DNA of 64,000 nt, from NCBI RefSeq assembly GCF_000315625.1, contig NW_005434590.1, positions 293,793 through 357,792 of the forward strand. The letters run 5' to 3'. Source of the stretch: Guillardia theta CCMP2712 (Eukaryota > Protista > Cryptophyta). Each line of letters opens with the position of its first letter. The stretch's first letter is position 1. The position numbers and the translations under genes were made by a program. Shown one piece after another: positions 42,501 to 54,380 of the stretch. The notes under the pieces were generated by a model. That model made no database searches, was not told where the DNA came from, and worked only from the letters and a program-made list of their open reading frames with translations.

Positions 42501-44414
42501 TCACGCGATATCCATACCCGCTACCTCTGCCTGCCTCCCTTCCTGCCCTCCCTTCCATCCGTACTCCTCCAGCGCACCGCAGCCCTTGATTTTGCCTATC
42601 CGAAAGCTCTCGAGCCTGTCTCGCGGCACCATGAACACCACCCTCACCTTCCATCCAGCTGCTGGGATGCCTAGCCCCGTGAGAGCCTCTGCGAAGAAAG
42701 CCAGCTTGAAAGAGTGGACGTCTGCCTCTGTCACCTGCACAAACTCTACTAACTTCCCGCGAGGCTCTACTATGATAGCGTCGTAGCCTCCTTGAAGGGG
42801 GTTGACGGGCTTCAAGCAAGTTCTCTCTGCAGGAAGCGTTTGCATGCCTCCCTTTGCATCAAAGGTGATGACTGGACATCCCTCCCATTGCGTGAGCTCT
42901 TGAGATCCCCGATACCTCAGGCTCAGCCCGCACTTGATCTTCTTGAAAAAGAAAAGCTCGAAAAGATGGCCCCTTGTAGTCGGATTGCTTGCCCCGTACC
43001 TTGAGAACAGCCTCTTCAGCGTGTCTAGTTCTGCCGCTTCTGCAAGCTTCGTCGCGACATACTTGCTCACAGGCATCCAGTTCGATTCCCCGTTGTACTT
43101 GAAGCACGCAATCAAGTGGTTTACCGCCTGCGGTGATGAGTCGCCCACGATGCCACTGAAGACGACTTCTAGGTTTGAACAGAAACTCAAAGCTTCATCC
43201 AGCCTCTCTTTCACCAATGATGCGGGCGTCTCGAACATGTACCGACATGAGCCGCCTGCCAGGTAGTATTTCAGCTTGATCTTCTCTCGTCTAGACCTGT
43301 TCCTCTTCCATGTCTTCAAGCCCATGCTCGCCGCACTTTCATCCTCCTCCAGCATGCATGCTACACGCTGATAGAAAACGTCCCACTCCACTGCTTCCAG
43401 GTACTCTCTCTCCGTCCAAGATACAACGGTGTGTTGTTGGAGATTCACTTCATCGTCTTCAGGGTCATTCTTCTTTCCTCGAGAAGACATCGATGTCGCT
43501 ACTACAACCCGTCGATTCTCTCGATCAGCTAGCAGCCATTTCCTACATGCGTCCAAAAAGTCTACGTGGTGTGACTCATGCCTCAAGAACCCGTCCAGGA
43601 CCACCAAACCCTTCTTGTAGTCCTGCCATTCTTCCAGCATTCTGTTGATCCCTTCCCATGAGGAGCGCTTGGGAATCCTGCACCATCTCCTCCTACCACC
43701 GACGATTCGGATGCAATCAACGTCGTTGGATATATGCAGCCTGATGAGCGTTACGCTCCATTCCCTCATGTCAAGAGACAAGCAGAAGGCTAGCGTCGTC
43801 GTCGTCTTCCCCGTTCCCGGCGGGCCTTTGATCCAGCCAAAAGCTCGCTGCTCCACCACCTTCTCCCTCAAGAAGCAGAGCTGACTCTTGAAAGCTTCCC
43901 GGCAGTAGAGAAGGAGCTCTCCGTCTCTTTGTAGGTAGGATGCATCGAGACGAAAGTACTTGTCGTCGTTGCAAAAGCCCATCCGATCCAGTCTTGCATC
44001 TGACTCGTTCCAAGCAATCGGTGGCACATGGGGTCCGGTGCTCTGTCTCAAAAGGATAAGTTCTTTTTCTCCAAGCTGCTTCTTGTCTTCTCCAAGTTGC
44101 TCGAGTCTCCTGACAAGGGCGGTCTTCATCGTGGGATCCTGTTCATATCTGATCTCATGCAGTACATCCTGGATGTTTTTTTCCACAAGCTTCATCTTTG
44201 CTTCTACCCCCTTGATATCTGCTTCCACAAGCTCGATCTCTCCTTCTACCTCAGTCTCGGCAGACTGCCTACTCACATTCATTCCAGAGTAGCACACCCG
44301 CCGCCTCTTGCTCGCCCCTTTGTTTCTTTCCTTGACTCCACTCGAGATATTACCTCGTCCTCCCTCCCTAGCATCCCCTCCTCGTATGCGCAAGCAGCTT
44401 CCCCCCAAAGCCAT
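42501..44414 (-). CDS. Crinkler/RHS-like NTPase-REase paralogue
   Basis: Same motifs. Confidence 0.85.
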   Translation of the reverse strand: MALGGSCLRIRGGDAREGGRGNISSGVKERNKGASKRRRVCYSGMNVSRQSAETEVEGEIELVEADIKGVEAKMKLVEKNIQDVLHEIRYEQDPTMKTALVRRLEQLGEDKKQLGEKELILLRQSTGPHVPPIAWNESDARLDRMGFCNDDKYFRLDASYLQRDGELLLYCREAFKSQLCFLREKVVEQRAFGWIKGPPGTGKTTTTLAFCLSLDMREWSVTLIRLHISNDVDCIRIVGGRRRWCRIPKRSSWEGINRMLEEWQDYKKGLVVLDGFLRHESHHVDFLDACRKWLLADRENRRVVVATSMSSRGKKNDPEDDEVNLQQHTVVSWTEREYLEAVEWDVFYQRVACMLEEDESAASMGLKTWKRNRSRREKIKLKYYLAGGSCRYMFETPASLVKERLDEALSFCSNLEVVFSGIVGDSSPQAVNHLIACFKYNGESNWMPVSKYVATKLAEAAELDTLKRLFSRYGASNPTTRGHLFELFFFKKIKCGLSLRYRGSQELTQWEGCPVITFDAKGGMQTLPAERTCLKPVNPLQGGYDAIIVEPRGKLVEFVQVTEADVHSFKLAFFAEALTGLGIPAAGWKVRVVFMVPRDRLESFRIGKIKGCGALEEYGWKGGQEGRQAEVAGMDIA

Positions 44415-45834
44415 CCTCAGATTGTAGTCAGCACATCGCCCAGGACATGGAAATGACGCTCCCTGTTACAAGCACAGCTCAGAAAAACCTTCCCTCCAAC
44501 CCTCAGGTCGCTCCTCACCACCGCGCTCGAGATGATGATGGAGCTCAAGCCTATCAAGCCTACAGCCCTGCCCATAGCCCTCGCTCCTCTCCCTCTTGCT
44601 TCTCTCTGCGGGCTGCGCATCTTGACCTCAGCAAGCGGCTCCTTGTCAGCCTTGCCGACCTGCTCTGCCATCCAGCGCACCCGCGAGGGGGTATTCGGTA
44701 CTCGCTAGGGGTCGTCAGAGGGGGTAGGGTACTTGAGCCATCTCCGTATGGCGCGCCGCGAGGGTCGACGGAGGTTGTGGACTTGAAGCTGGGTAGCAAC
44801 ATTTATGTTACAAGTAGAGGAGAGACGAATGCTCGTATGATCAGAACGTGTAGCTGATGAGCGTGATACTTTTACTCTTCAGGTCCCTCATGCGTCATCG
44901 TTGATGGCTTTCATCGCTGACAAGATCATAGCATGGGCAAGAGCTGCTTGTTGCTAGACCTCAGCCATGGCGGAGTGAGATGGCGACGGGATGCAGCAGA
45001 GAGTCATGAGTCGCTCTTAGTTATCGAATGATGCAACGAGGAGACCCATGTAACCTGTAAGCTGCATGGTTGGACTCTGCACTCTTTAGTCCCGCATCTG
45101 ATGTTGAGGGGCAGATGAAGACAGATGGTTGCAGTGTTGGATGATGACATGCAACGTTGTGGTCGTCGATGGTCCCCTCCTATAGTTGCTCACGCCCTCT
45201 GAAAGAACTGTGTGCCAGGAGGCACCAGACACCATGAGGATTCAAATGTTATGGACTGGTTTTGAAGATGATGGACCGGTTTTGAAGTTGCTACATCTGC
45301 TTCAACATTATGGGCAAGGAAGCGAGTAAAATGCTGCTTCAGGCTGCTGCCAAGCATTTGAGACTGAGCCCTCACACACACAATCACCTTGTTTTGAAGA
45401 AGAGTGAGACAGGTAAATAGGTCAAGGCAACCTTTTTGGACACTGCAGAAAGCTTCTTTCTTCATTACTTCACCTTGCTTCAACAAGGAGATCAGAGGAA
45501 ATCGCATCGTGATGGCTTTTGAAAGTTGCACATGGCGATGGAAACACTTGGAAATCAAGTAAGCGCAAGTAGTTGTATGAGCGTATTACACGTTGCACTA
45601 CCTCCCATCATGACACGGTTGATCAAGTACAACATGAAAGTGATCAACTAGGTTGCCTTTCAACCTCTACACACGACCCCTGCAAGTCTGTTCCACAGCA
45701 TGTCGATCTCATCCTGCAGATATCAGCCTGATCGTCTTCCCAGCCCCTTGACGACCAGCCGCCGCTTCTTGTCGGATCTTTGCCTCGCCTACCACACGCC
45801 TCCCCGGCTCATCCTTGCTAACGCCGGTTTGAGC

Positions 45835-47769
45835 TCACGCGATATCCATACCCGCTACCTCTGCCTGCCTCCCTTCCTGCCCTCCCTTCCATCCGTACTT
45901 CTCCAGCGCACCGCAGCCCTTGATTTTGCCTATCCGAAAGCTCTCGAGCCTGTCTCGCGGCACCATGAACACCACCCTCACCTTCCATCCAGCTGCTGGG
46001 ATGCCTAGCCCCGTGAGAGCCTCTGCGAAGAAAGCCAGCTTGAAAGAGTGGACGTCTGCCTCTGTCACCTGCACAAACTCTACTAACTTCCCGCGAGGCT
46101 CTACTATGATAGCGTCGTAGCCTCCTTGAAGGGGGTTGACGGGCTTCAAGCAAGTTCTCTCTGCAGGAAGCGTTTGCATGCCTCCCTTTGCATCAAAGGT
46201 GATGACTGGACATCCCTCCCATTGCGTGAGCTCTTGAGATCCCCGATACCTCAGGCTCAGCCCGCACTTGATCTTCTTGAAAAAGAAAAGCTCGAAAAGA
46301 TGGCCCCTTGTAGTCGGATTGCTTGCCCCGTACCTTGAGAACAGCCTCTTCAGCGTGTCTAGTTCTGCCGCTTCTGCAAGCTTCGTCGCGACATACTTGC
46401 TCACAGGCATCCAGTTCAATTCCCCGTTGTACTTGAAGCACGCAATCAAGTGGTTTACCGCCTGCGGTGATGAGTCGCCCACGATGCCACTGAAGACGAC
46501 TTCTAGGTTTGAACAGAAACTCAAAGCTTCATCCAGCCTCTCTTTCACCAATGATGCGGGCGTCTCGAACATGTACCGACATGAGCCGCCTGCCAGGTAG
46601 TATTTCAGCTTGATCTTCTCTCGTCTAGACCTGTTCCTCTTCCATGTCTTCAAGCCCATGCTCGCCGCACTTTCATCCTCCTCCAGCATGCATGCTACAC
46701 GCTGATAGAAAACGTCCCACTCCACTGCTTCCAGGTACTCTCTCTCCGTCCAAGATACAACGGTGTGTTGTTGGAGATTCACCCGATTGTCATCTTCTAG
46801 TCGTGACTTTCCTCGAGAAGACATCGATGTCGCTACTACAACCCGTCGATTCTCTCGATCAGCTAGCAGCCATTTCCTACATGCGTCCAAAAAGTCTACG
46901 TGGTGTGACTCATGCCTCAAGAACCCGTCCAGGACCACCAAACCCTTCTTGTAGTCCTGCCATTCTTCCAGCATTCTGTTGATCCCTTCCCATGAGGAGC
47001 GCTTGGGAATCCTGCACCATCTCCTCCTACCACCGACGATTCGGATGCAATCAACGTCGTTGGATATATGCAGCCTGATGAGCGTTACGCTCCATTCCCT
47101 CATGTCAAGAGACAAGCAGAAGGCTAGCGTCGTCGTCGTCTTCCCCGTTCCCGGCGGGCCTTTGATCCAGCCAAAAGCTCGCTGCTCCACCACCTTCTCC
47201 CTCAAGAAGCAGAGCTGACTCTTGAAAGCTTCCCGGCAGTAGAGAAGGAGCTCTCCGTCTCTTTGTAGGTAGGATGCATCGAGACGAAAGTACTTGTCGT
47301 CGTTGCAAAAGCCCATCCGATCCAGTCTTGCATCTGACTCGTTCCAAGCAATCGGTGGCACATGGGGTCCGGTGCTCTGTCTCAAAAGGATAAGTTCTTT
47401 TTCTCCAAGCTGCTTCTTTTCTTCTCCAAGCTGCTTCTTGTCTTCTCCAAGTTGCTCGAGTCTCCTGACAAGGGCGGTCTTCATCGTGGGATCCTGTTCA
47501 TATCTGATCTCATGCAGTACATCCTGGATGTTTTTTTCCACAAGCTTCATCTTCGCTTCTACCCCCTTGATATCTGCTTCCACAAGCTCGATCTCTCCTT
47601 CTACCTCAGTCTCGGCAGACTTCCTACTCACATTCATTCCAGAGTAGCACACCCGCCGCCTCTTGCTCGCCCCTTTGTTTCTTTCCTTGACTCCACTCGA
47701 GATATTACCTCGTCCTCCCTCCCTAGCATCCCCTCCTCGTATGCGCAAGCAGCTTCCCCCCAAAGCCAT
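45835..47769 (-). CDS. Crinkler/RHS-like NTPase-REase paralogue
   Basis: Same motifs. Confidence 0.85.
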   Translation of the reverse strand: MALGGSCLRIRGGDAREGGRGNISSGVKERNKGASKRRRVCYSGMNVSRKSAETEVEGEIELVEADIKGVEAKMKLVEKNIQDVLHEIRYEQDPTMKTALVRRLEQLGEDKKQLGEEKKQLGEKELILLRQSTGPHVPPIAWNESDARLDRMGFCNDDKYFRLDASYLQRDGELLLYCREAFKSQLCFLREKVVEQRAFGWIKGPPGTGKTTTTLAFCLSLDMREWSVTLIRLHISNDVDCIRIVGGRRRWCRIPKRSSWEGINRMLEEWQDYKKGLVVLDGFLRHESHHVDFLDACRKWLLADRENRRVVVATSMSSRGKSRLEDDNRVNLQQHTVVSWTEREYLEAVEWDVFYQRVACMLEEDESAASMGLKTWKRNRSRREKIKLKYYLAGGSCRYMFETPASLVKERLDEALSFCSNLEVVFSGIVGDSSPQAVNHLIACFKYNGELNWMPVSKYVATKLAEAAELDTLKRLFSRYGASNPTTRGHLFELFFFKKIKCGLSLRYRGSQELTQWEGCPVITFDAKGGMQTLPAERTCLKPVNPLQGGYDAIIVEPRGKLVEFVQVTEADVHSFKLAFFAEALTGLGIPAAGWKVRVVFMVPRDRLESFRIGKIKGCGALEKYGWKGGQEGRQAEVAGMDIA

Positions 47770-49187
47770 CCTCAGATTGTAGTCAGCACATCGCCCAGGA
47801 CATGGAAATGACGCTCCCTGTTACAAGCACAGCTCAGAAAAACCTTCCCTCCAACCCTCAGGTCGCTCCTCACCACCGCGCTCGAGATGATGATGGAGCT
47901 CAAGCCTATCAAGCCTACAGCCCTGCCCATAGCCCTCGCTCCTCTCCCTCTTGCTTCTCTCTGCGGGCTGCGCATCTTGACCTCAGCAAGCGGCTCCTTG
48001 TCAGCCTTGCCGACCTGCTCTGCCATCCAGCGCACCCGCGAGGGGGTATTCGGTACTCGCTAGGGGTCGTCAGAGGGGGTAGGGTACTTGAGCCATCTCC
48101 GTATGGCGCGCCGCGAGGGTCGACGGAGGTTGTGGACTTGAAGCTGGGTAGCAACATGTATGTTACAAGTAGAGGAGAGACGAATGCTCGTATGATCAGA
48201 ACGTGTAGCTGATGAGCGTGATACTTTTACTCTTCAGGTCCCTCATGCGTCATCGTTGATGGCTTTCATCGCTGACAAGATCATAGCATGGGCAAGAGCT
48301 GCTTGTTGCTAGACCTCAGCCATGGCGGAGTGAGATGGCGACGGGATGCAGCAGAGAGTCATGAGTCGCTCTTAGTTATCGAATGATGCAACGAGGAGAC
48401 CCATGTAACCTGTAAGCTGCATGGTTGGACTCTGCACTCTTTAGTCCCGCATCTGATGTTGAGGGGCAGATGAAGACAGATGGTTGCAGTGTTGGATGAT
48501 GACATGCAACGTTGTGGTCGTCGATGGTCCCCTCCTCACCATGAGGATGCAAATGTGATGGTTTGGTTGTGAAGATGATGGACTGGTTGAGGATTCAAAT
48601 GTTATGGACCGGTATTGAAGATGATGGACCGGTTTTGAAGTTGCTACATCTGCTTCAACATTATGGGCAAGGAAGCGAGTAAAATGCTGCTTCAGGCTGC
48701 TGCCAAGCATTTGAGACTGAGCCCTCACACACACAATCACCTTGTTTTGAAGAAGAGTGAGACAGGTAAATAGGTCAAGGCAACCTTTTTGGACACTGCA
48801 GAAAGCTTCTTTCTTCATTACTTCACCTTGCTTCAACAAGGAGATCAGAGGAAATCGCATCGTGATGGCTTTTGAAAGTTGCACATGGCGATGGAAACAC
48901 TTGGAAATCAAGTAAGCGCAAGTAGTTGTATGAGCGTATTACACGTTGCACTACCTCCCATCATGACACGGTTGATCAAGTACAACATGAAAGTGATCAA
49001 CTAGGTTGCCTTTCAACCTCTACACACTACCCCTGCAAGTCTGTTCCACAGCATGTCGATCTCATCCTGCAGATATCAGCCTGATCGTCTTCCCAGCCCC
49101 TTGACGACCAGCCGCCGCTTCTTGTCGGATCTTTGCCTCGCCTACCACACGCCTCCCCGGCTCATCCTTGCTAACGCCGGTTTGAGC

Positions 49188-51100
49188 TCACGCGATATCC
49201 ATACCCGCTACCTCTGCCTGCCTCCCTTCCTGCCCTCCCTTCCATCCGTACTTCTCCAGCGCACCGCAGCCCTTGATTTTGCCTATCCGAAAGCTCTCGA
49301 GCCTGTCTCGCGGCACTATGAACACCACCCTCACCTTCCATCCAGCTGCTGGGATGCCTAGCCCCGTGAGAGCCTCTGCGAAGAAAGCCAGCTTGAAAGA
49401 GTGGACGTCTGCCTCTGTCACCTGCACAAACTCTACTAACTTCCCGCGAGGCTCTACTATGATAGCGTCGTAGCCTCCTTGAAGGGGGTGACGGGCTTCA
49501 AGCAAGTTCTCTCTGCAGGAAGCGTTTGCATGCCTCCCTTTGCATCAAAGGTGATGACTGGACATCCCTCCCATTGCGTGAGCTCTTGAGATCCCCGATA
49601 CCTCAGGCTCAGCCCGCACTTGATCTTCTTGAAAAAGAAAAGCTCGAAAAGATGGCCCCTTGTAGTCGGATTGCTTGCCCCGTACCTTGAGAACAGCCTC
49701 TTCAGCGTGTCTAGTTCTGCCGCTTCTGCAAGCTTCGTCGCGACATACTTGCTCACAGGCATCCAGTTCAATTCCCCGTTGTACTTGAAGCACGCAATCA
49801 AGTGGTTTACCGCCTGCGGTGATGAGTCGCCCACGATGCCACTGAAGACGACTTCTAGGTTTGAACAGAAACTCAAAGCTTCATCCAGCCTCTCTTTCAC
49901 CAATGATGCGGGCGTCTCGAGCATGTACCGACATGAGCCGCCAGCCAGGTAGTATTTCAGCTTGATCTTCTCTCGTCTAGACCTGTTCCTCTTCCATGTC
50001 TTCAAGCCCATGCTCGCCGCACTTTCATCCTCCTCCAGCATGCATGCTACACGCTGATAGAAAACGTCCCACTCCACTGCTTCCAGGTACTCTCTCTCCG
50101 TCCAAGATACAACGGTGTGTTGTTGGAGATTCACCCGATTGTCATCTTCTAGTCGTGACTTTCCTCGAGAAGACATCGATGTCGCTACTACAACCCGTCG
50201 ATTCTCTCGATCAGCTAGCAGCCATTTCCTACATGCGTCCAAAAAGTCTACGTGGTGTGACTCATGCCTCAAGAACCCGTCCAGGACCACCAAACCCTTC
50301 TTGTAGTCCTGCCATTCTTCCAGCATTCTGTTGATCCCTTCCCATGAGGAGCGCTTGGGAATCCTGCACCATCTCCTCCTACCACCGACGATTCGGATGC
50401 AATCAACGTCGTCGGATATATGCAGCCTGATGAGCGTTACGCTCCATTCCCTCATGTCAAGAGACAAGCAGAAGGCTAGCGTCGTCGTCGTCTTCCCCGT
50501 TCCCGGCGGGCCTTTGATCCAGCCAAAAGCTCGCTGCTCCACCACCTTCTCCCTCAAGAAGCAGAGCTGACTCTTGAAAGCTTCCCGGCAGTAGAGAAGG
50601 AGCTCTCCGTCTCTTTGTAGGTAGGATGCATCGAGACGAAAGTACTTGTCGTCGTTGCAAAAGCCCATCCGATCCAGTCTTGCATCTGACTCGTTCCAAG
50701 CAATCGGTGGCACATGGGGTCCGGTGCTCTGTCTCAAAAGGATAAGTTCTTTTTCTCCAAGCTGCTTCTTGTCTTCTCCAAGTTGCTCGAGTCTCCTGAC
50801 AAGGGCGGTCTTCATCGTGGGATCCTGTTCATATCTGATCTCATGCAGTACATCCTGGATGTTTTTTTCCACAAGGTCCATCTTCGCTTCTACCCCCTTG
50901 ATATCTGCTTCCACAAGCTCGATCTCTCCTTCTACCTCAGTCTCGGCAGACTGCCTACTCACATTCATTCCAGAGTAGCACACCCGCCGCCTCTTGCTCG
51001 CCCCTTTGTTTCTTTCCTTGACTCCACTCGAGATATTACCTCGTCCTCCCTCCCTAGCATCCCCTCCTCGTATGCGCAAGCAGCTTCCCCCCAAAGCCAT
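49188..51100 (-). pseudogene. Crinkler/RHS-like paralogue with a 1-bp deletion at about 49488
   Basis: ggggtgacg versus ggggttgacg in other copies splits the ORF just before QGGYDA; could be a sequencing error. Confidence 0.8.
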
Positions 51101-52611
51101 CCTCAGATTGTAGTCAGCACATCGCCCAGGACATGGAAATGACGCTCCCTGTTACAAGCACAGCTCAGAAAAACCTTCCCTCCAACCCTCAGGTCGCTCC
51201 TCACCACCGCGCTCGAGATGATGATGGAGCTCAAGCCTATCAAGCCTACAGCCCTGCCCATAGCCCTCGCTCCTCTCCCTCTTGCTTCTCTCTGCGGGCT
51301 GCGCATCTTGACCTCAGCAAGCGGCTCCTTGTCAGCCTTGCCGACTCCTGCTCTGCCATCCAGCACACCCGCGAGGGGGTATTCGGTACTCGCTAGGGGT
51401 CGTCAGAGGGGGTAGGGTACTTGAGCCATGTATGTTACAAGTAGAGGAGAGACGAATGCTCGTATGATCAGAACGTGTAGCTGATGAGCGTGATACTTTT
51501 ACTCTTCAGGTCCCTCATGCGTCATCGTTGATGGCTTTCATCGCTGACAAGATCATAGCATGGACAAGATCTGCTTGTCGCTAGACCTCAGCCATGGCGG
51601 AGTGAGATGGCGACGGGATGCAGCAGAGAGTCATGAGTCGCTCTTAGTTATCACATGATGCAACGAGGAGACCCATGTAACCTGTAAGCTGCATGGTTGG
51701 ACTCTGCACTCTTTAGTCCCGCATCTGATGTTGAGGGGCAGATGAAGACAGATGGTTGCAGTGTTGGATGAGAGAGAAATGAGTCAGCGATAGTTTCCTG
51801 ATGCTGGTCTTATGATGGCAGATAGCGAGACGCGAGAGGAGCCACGACCCCGCCAACTTCCAACAAATGGAAAACTAACTTCTTGTCGTCATTTTCGAAC
51901 ATAGTGCTACCCATTTCAACTGGACTTCTTGGCCAGAGGAGCCTCGCGAGATTACCTAGGGAGTTACTTAGGCTCTAACTCAACTGCTACCCCCAGGTGC
52001 TATTTGAGATCTACTGTCTACAGCTGACTGCAGGTGCTCTTGAGCTCGATTTCCACTTGAATCCAAGTACAGTTGGCGTCCACACCTAGTCTGAGGGTTC
52101 TTGGCAGGAATCATAACGGAACCGTTCCAGGTCTGGAGCTTCTCAGAGCAGTGCTTGCTGTGATTGGCTGACAGGTCACAGAGCAGAGGAACATTCCACT
52201 TCGAACAGTCGCCTCTAGAAGCGATACTAGCTGTTGCGAAGAGCTTGAAGCTACAGGGTAGCCTGTAGATGGATCGAAGATCAAGAGCCGCGGTGTTTTC
52301 GTTTGATCTGTACTGCCTGACTCTGTGAGCACTGTTGTCCTCCCAGCAAAAGAGTGCGGCTGTCGGAGCGACGAGACAGATGCAAGAGATGAAGAAAGAG
52401 AGAGCTTGAAACTCGTGGGGAGAGCTTATGGCTATCCAAGGGAACATGTCAACTGCAAGGAGACCATGAAACTGTGACCGTTGAAGAGCGAGGCCGCGGC
52501 CATGCCTGAGCCGTGATGCGGTACACTGCTTGAAGGCTGGAAAAGGAGTAGAGTAGCACCATCATGAGTCCAAGAGTCTGTTGCACCAACATGAAGTATG
52601 CAAAAGCTGGC

Positions 52612-53880
52612 CTATATAATTGTTGGATTTTGATCTGAACCATTACCTTTCATCTTCTTGAAGAACTTATCAATCGCCTTGTGTTTGTGGATGTAATTGT
52701 TCATCTTCAGGCGTGCAAACTTGTTTTGACAATTGTGTTCGAACAGGATCTCGCTTAGTCTCACCACGGTGTCGATGTTTCTTTCATAGTGATCCAACCG
52801 AGACGTTCTTGCTGACACTCGTGTCGTATCCTTTGATTCTTCTGTTATGCCTTGTCTCCGTTTTTCTTACTTGGCGTTATTCCGAGTAATATGAGACTCA
52901 TCATAGTACTGCCTTCGAGTATATATTGCTTTTCCCGCCCTTTGAATATTGCAACAGACCAGATTGATCATCGGCATAATGTAGAATAAACCCCAAACGT
53001 CTACGCGAACAAATTGTTTGCGTATCTGAAAAATCGCAGCGATCGTGTATCGATCAGATATATCATGAATCTTCAGAACCGAAAAATGGTAATTGACAAG
53101 ATTTGGCATGTGTAATTGCATCCATTTTTTTGGTTCAGAGTTTTTCTTGATTTTGTCACGGCCAATGACAAGTTGTAATGATTGTCCCATCCAATTATCT
53201 CTTTTTGTTCCCTTATGAAATCCATGACATCCTGTCTTTCGAGAACACGAGTTTTTGGTGGAAAGCTCCATCCGTTTACTGTATTCCGTATATCTTGTAT
53301 CTCCTTTTCTGAAGAAATCCCATTGAGCTTTCCCCATTCCTTTATGTACCTAGTCTGTTTTTGTCCCATCGTATAGGATATATAATTTTGAAAGTTTGTT
53401 GCATATTGATCAGCAGAGTACAGTACTCGAATATCCCCTTCAAGGCTTTCCTGCGTTGTATGGGTTGATACTTGTTCCCTTTTTCTTGCCAAAACGTCTA
53501 AAATATCAAACTGAATTGCATTATTACCTTGCGTTTTTCACCCATCAAAAAACAGGTTGAAAGAAAACTTTCTCTCCACCATTGGTCTTGACCGTTTCTT
53601 CTTGTATCCCTTCTTCTTTTTCTTTGTCTGTCACCCTTCTAGTACGATTGTATATTTGATCAAACAGCCTTGTAATGTACGTATCATCACCTTGCCTTGA
53701 ATCCTTCTCAAAACACCACAACAACAGATGATTGAAGATCAAACTACCTCGATGGCTTATTTTGCTTATGTGTTACATCAATCACATCGAGCATCTTTTG
53801 TTGTTTGAGATGTTTTTTCAAGCACATCTTGACCGTCGACAGTGAATCAGAACAAGATTTTTTTTTGGTTCCCTCTTTTG
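52612..53880 (-). pseudogene. Degenerate, C-terminally truncated Fanzor (eukaryotic TnpB-like) gene
   Basis: Fragments in order: ISKISHRGSLIFNHLLL, YSADQYATNFQNY, TRRQYYDES, KFARLKMNNYIHKHKAIDKFF...PTII, following Fanzor1 motif order; many frameshifts and stops. Confidence 0.65.
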
Positions 53881-53908
53881 CTTTTTCCAATATTTGATCA
53901 GGCTGAAC

Positions 53909-54025
53909 GCGGAAAGGAGGAGGGCGGGAAGGAGGAGGGCGGGAAGGAGGAGGGCGGGAAGGAGGAGGGCGGGAAGGAGGAGGGCGGGAAGGAGGAGGGC
54001 GGGAAGGAGGAGGGCGGGAAGGAGG
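53909..54025. repeat. 15-bp minisatellite (GCGGGAAGGAGGAGG)n, about 7.5 copies
   Basis: Direct inspection. Confidence 0.95.
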
Positions 54026-54380
54026 GAAGATCTTTGTTGAGCACGTTCGGGGTGTGTTCTACACCGCGATGTCTGAGATTTTAATTTTTGGGTCACCATT
54101 GGTCACCGTTTATGCTGTTTTAATCGCAGAACTTACTGGGTGAGTTGAGCGGTTAATGTGAAAAGCTTGTAGTGTTTCACGGTTCACTAACTTCAACTTG
54201 AGTAAGTTTATGTACGGTAAGCTAGTTTATTAATACGTGGCATTCGCTGAAATCACTGCATGAGTCACACTGATATGAAGTATTAATTACATGTAGTGCC
54301 AAGGGATCGGATACAGATCTGCCTCACAGATTCCCTTTGCTGAATCAAAGCACTAGAATGTATCAGCTGAGTCAAAGGTA

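Larger units (their letters stand above)
38339..51771 (-). repeat. Minus-strand arm of the tandem array (partial 38339-38584; units 38585-41790, 41811-45144, 45145-48499, 48500-51771)
   Basis: Reverse-complement copies of the same unit. Confidence 0.92.

Noticed and set aside
29594-48911. Recurring spacer ORFs (MISKCFHRH...) and antisense ORFs over the CRN genes
   Set aside because: Non-ATG starts, lengths vary with frameshifting indels among copies, or they are shadows of the main CDS.
53818-54099. LLPA/GGKEE repeat ORFs as independent genes
   Set aside because: Products of the 15-bp minisatellite; no other support.
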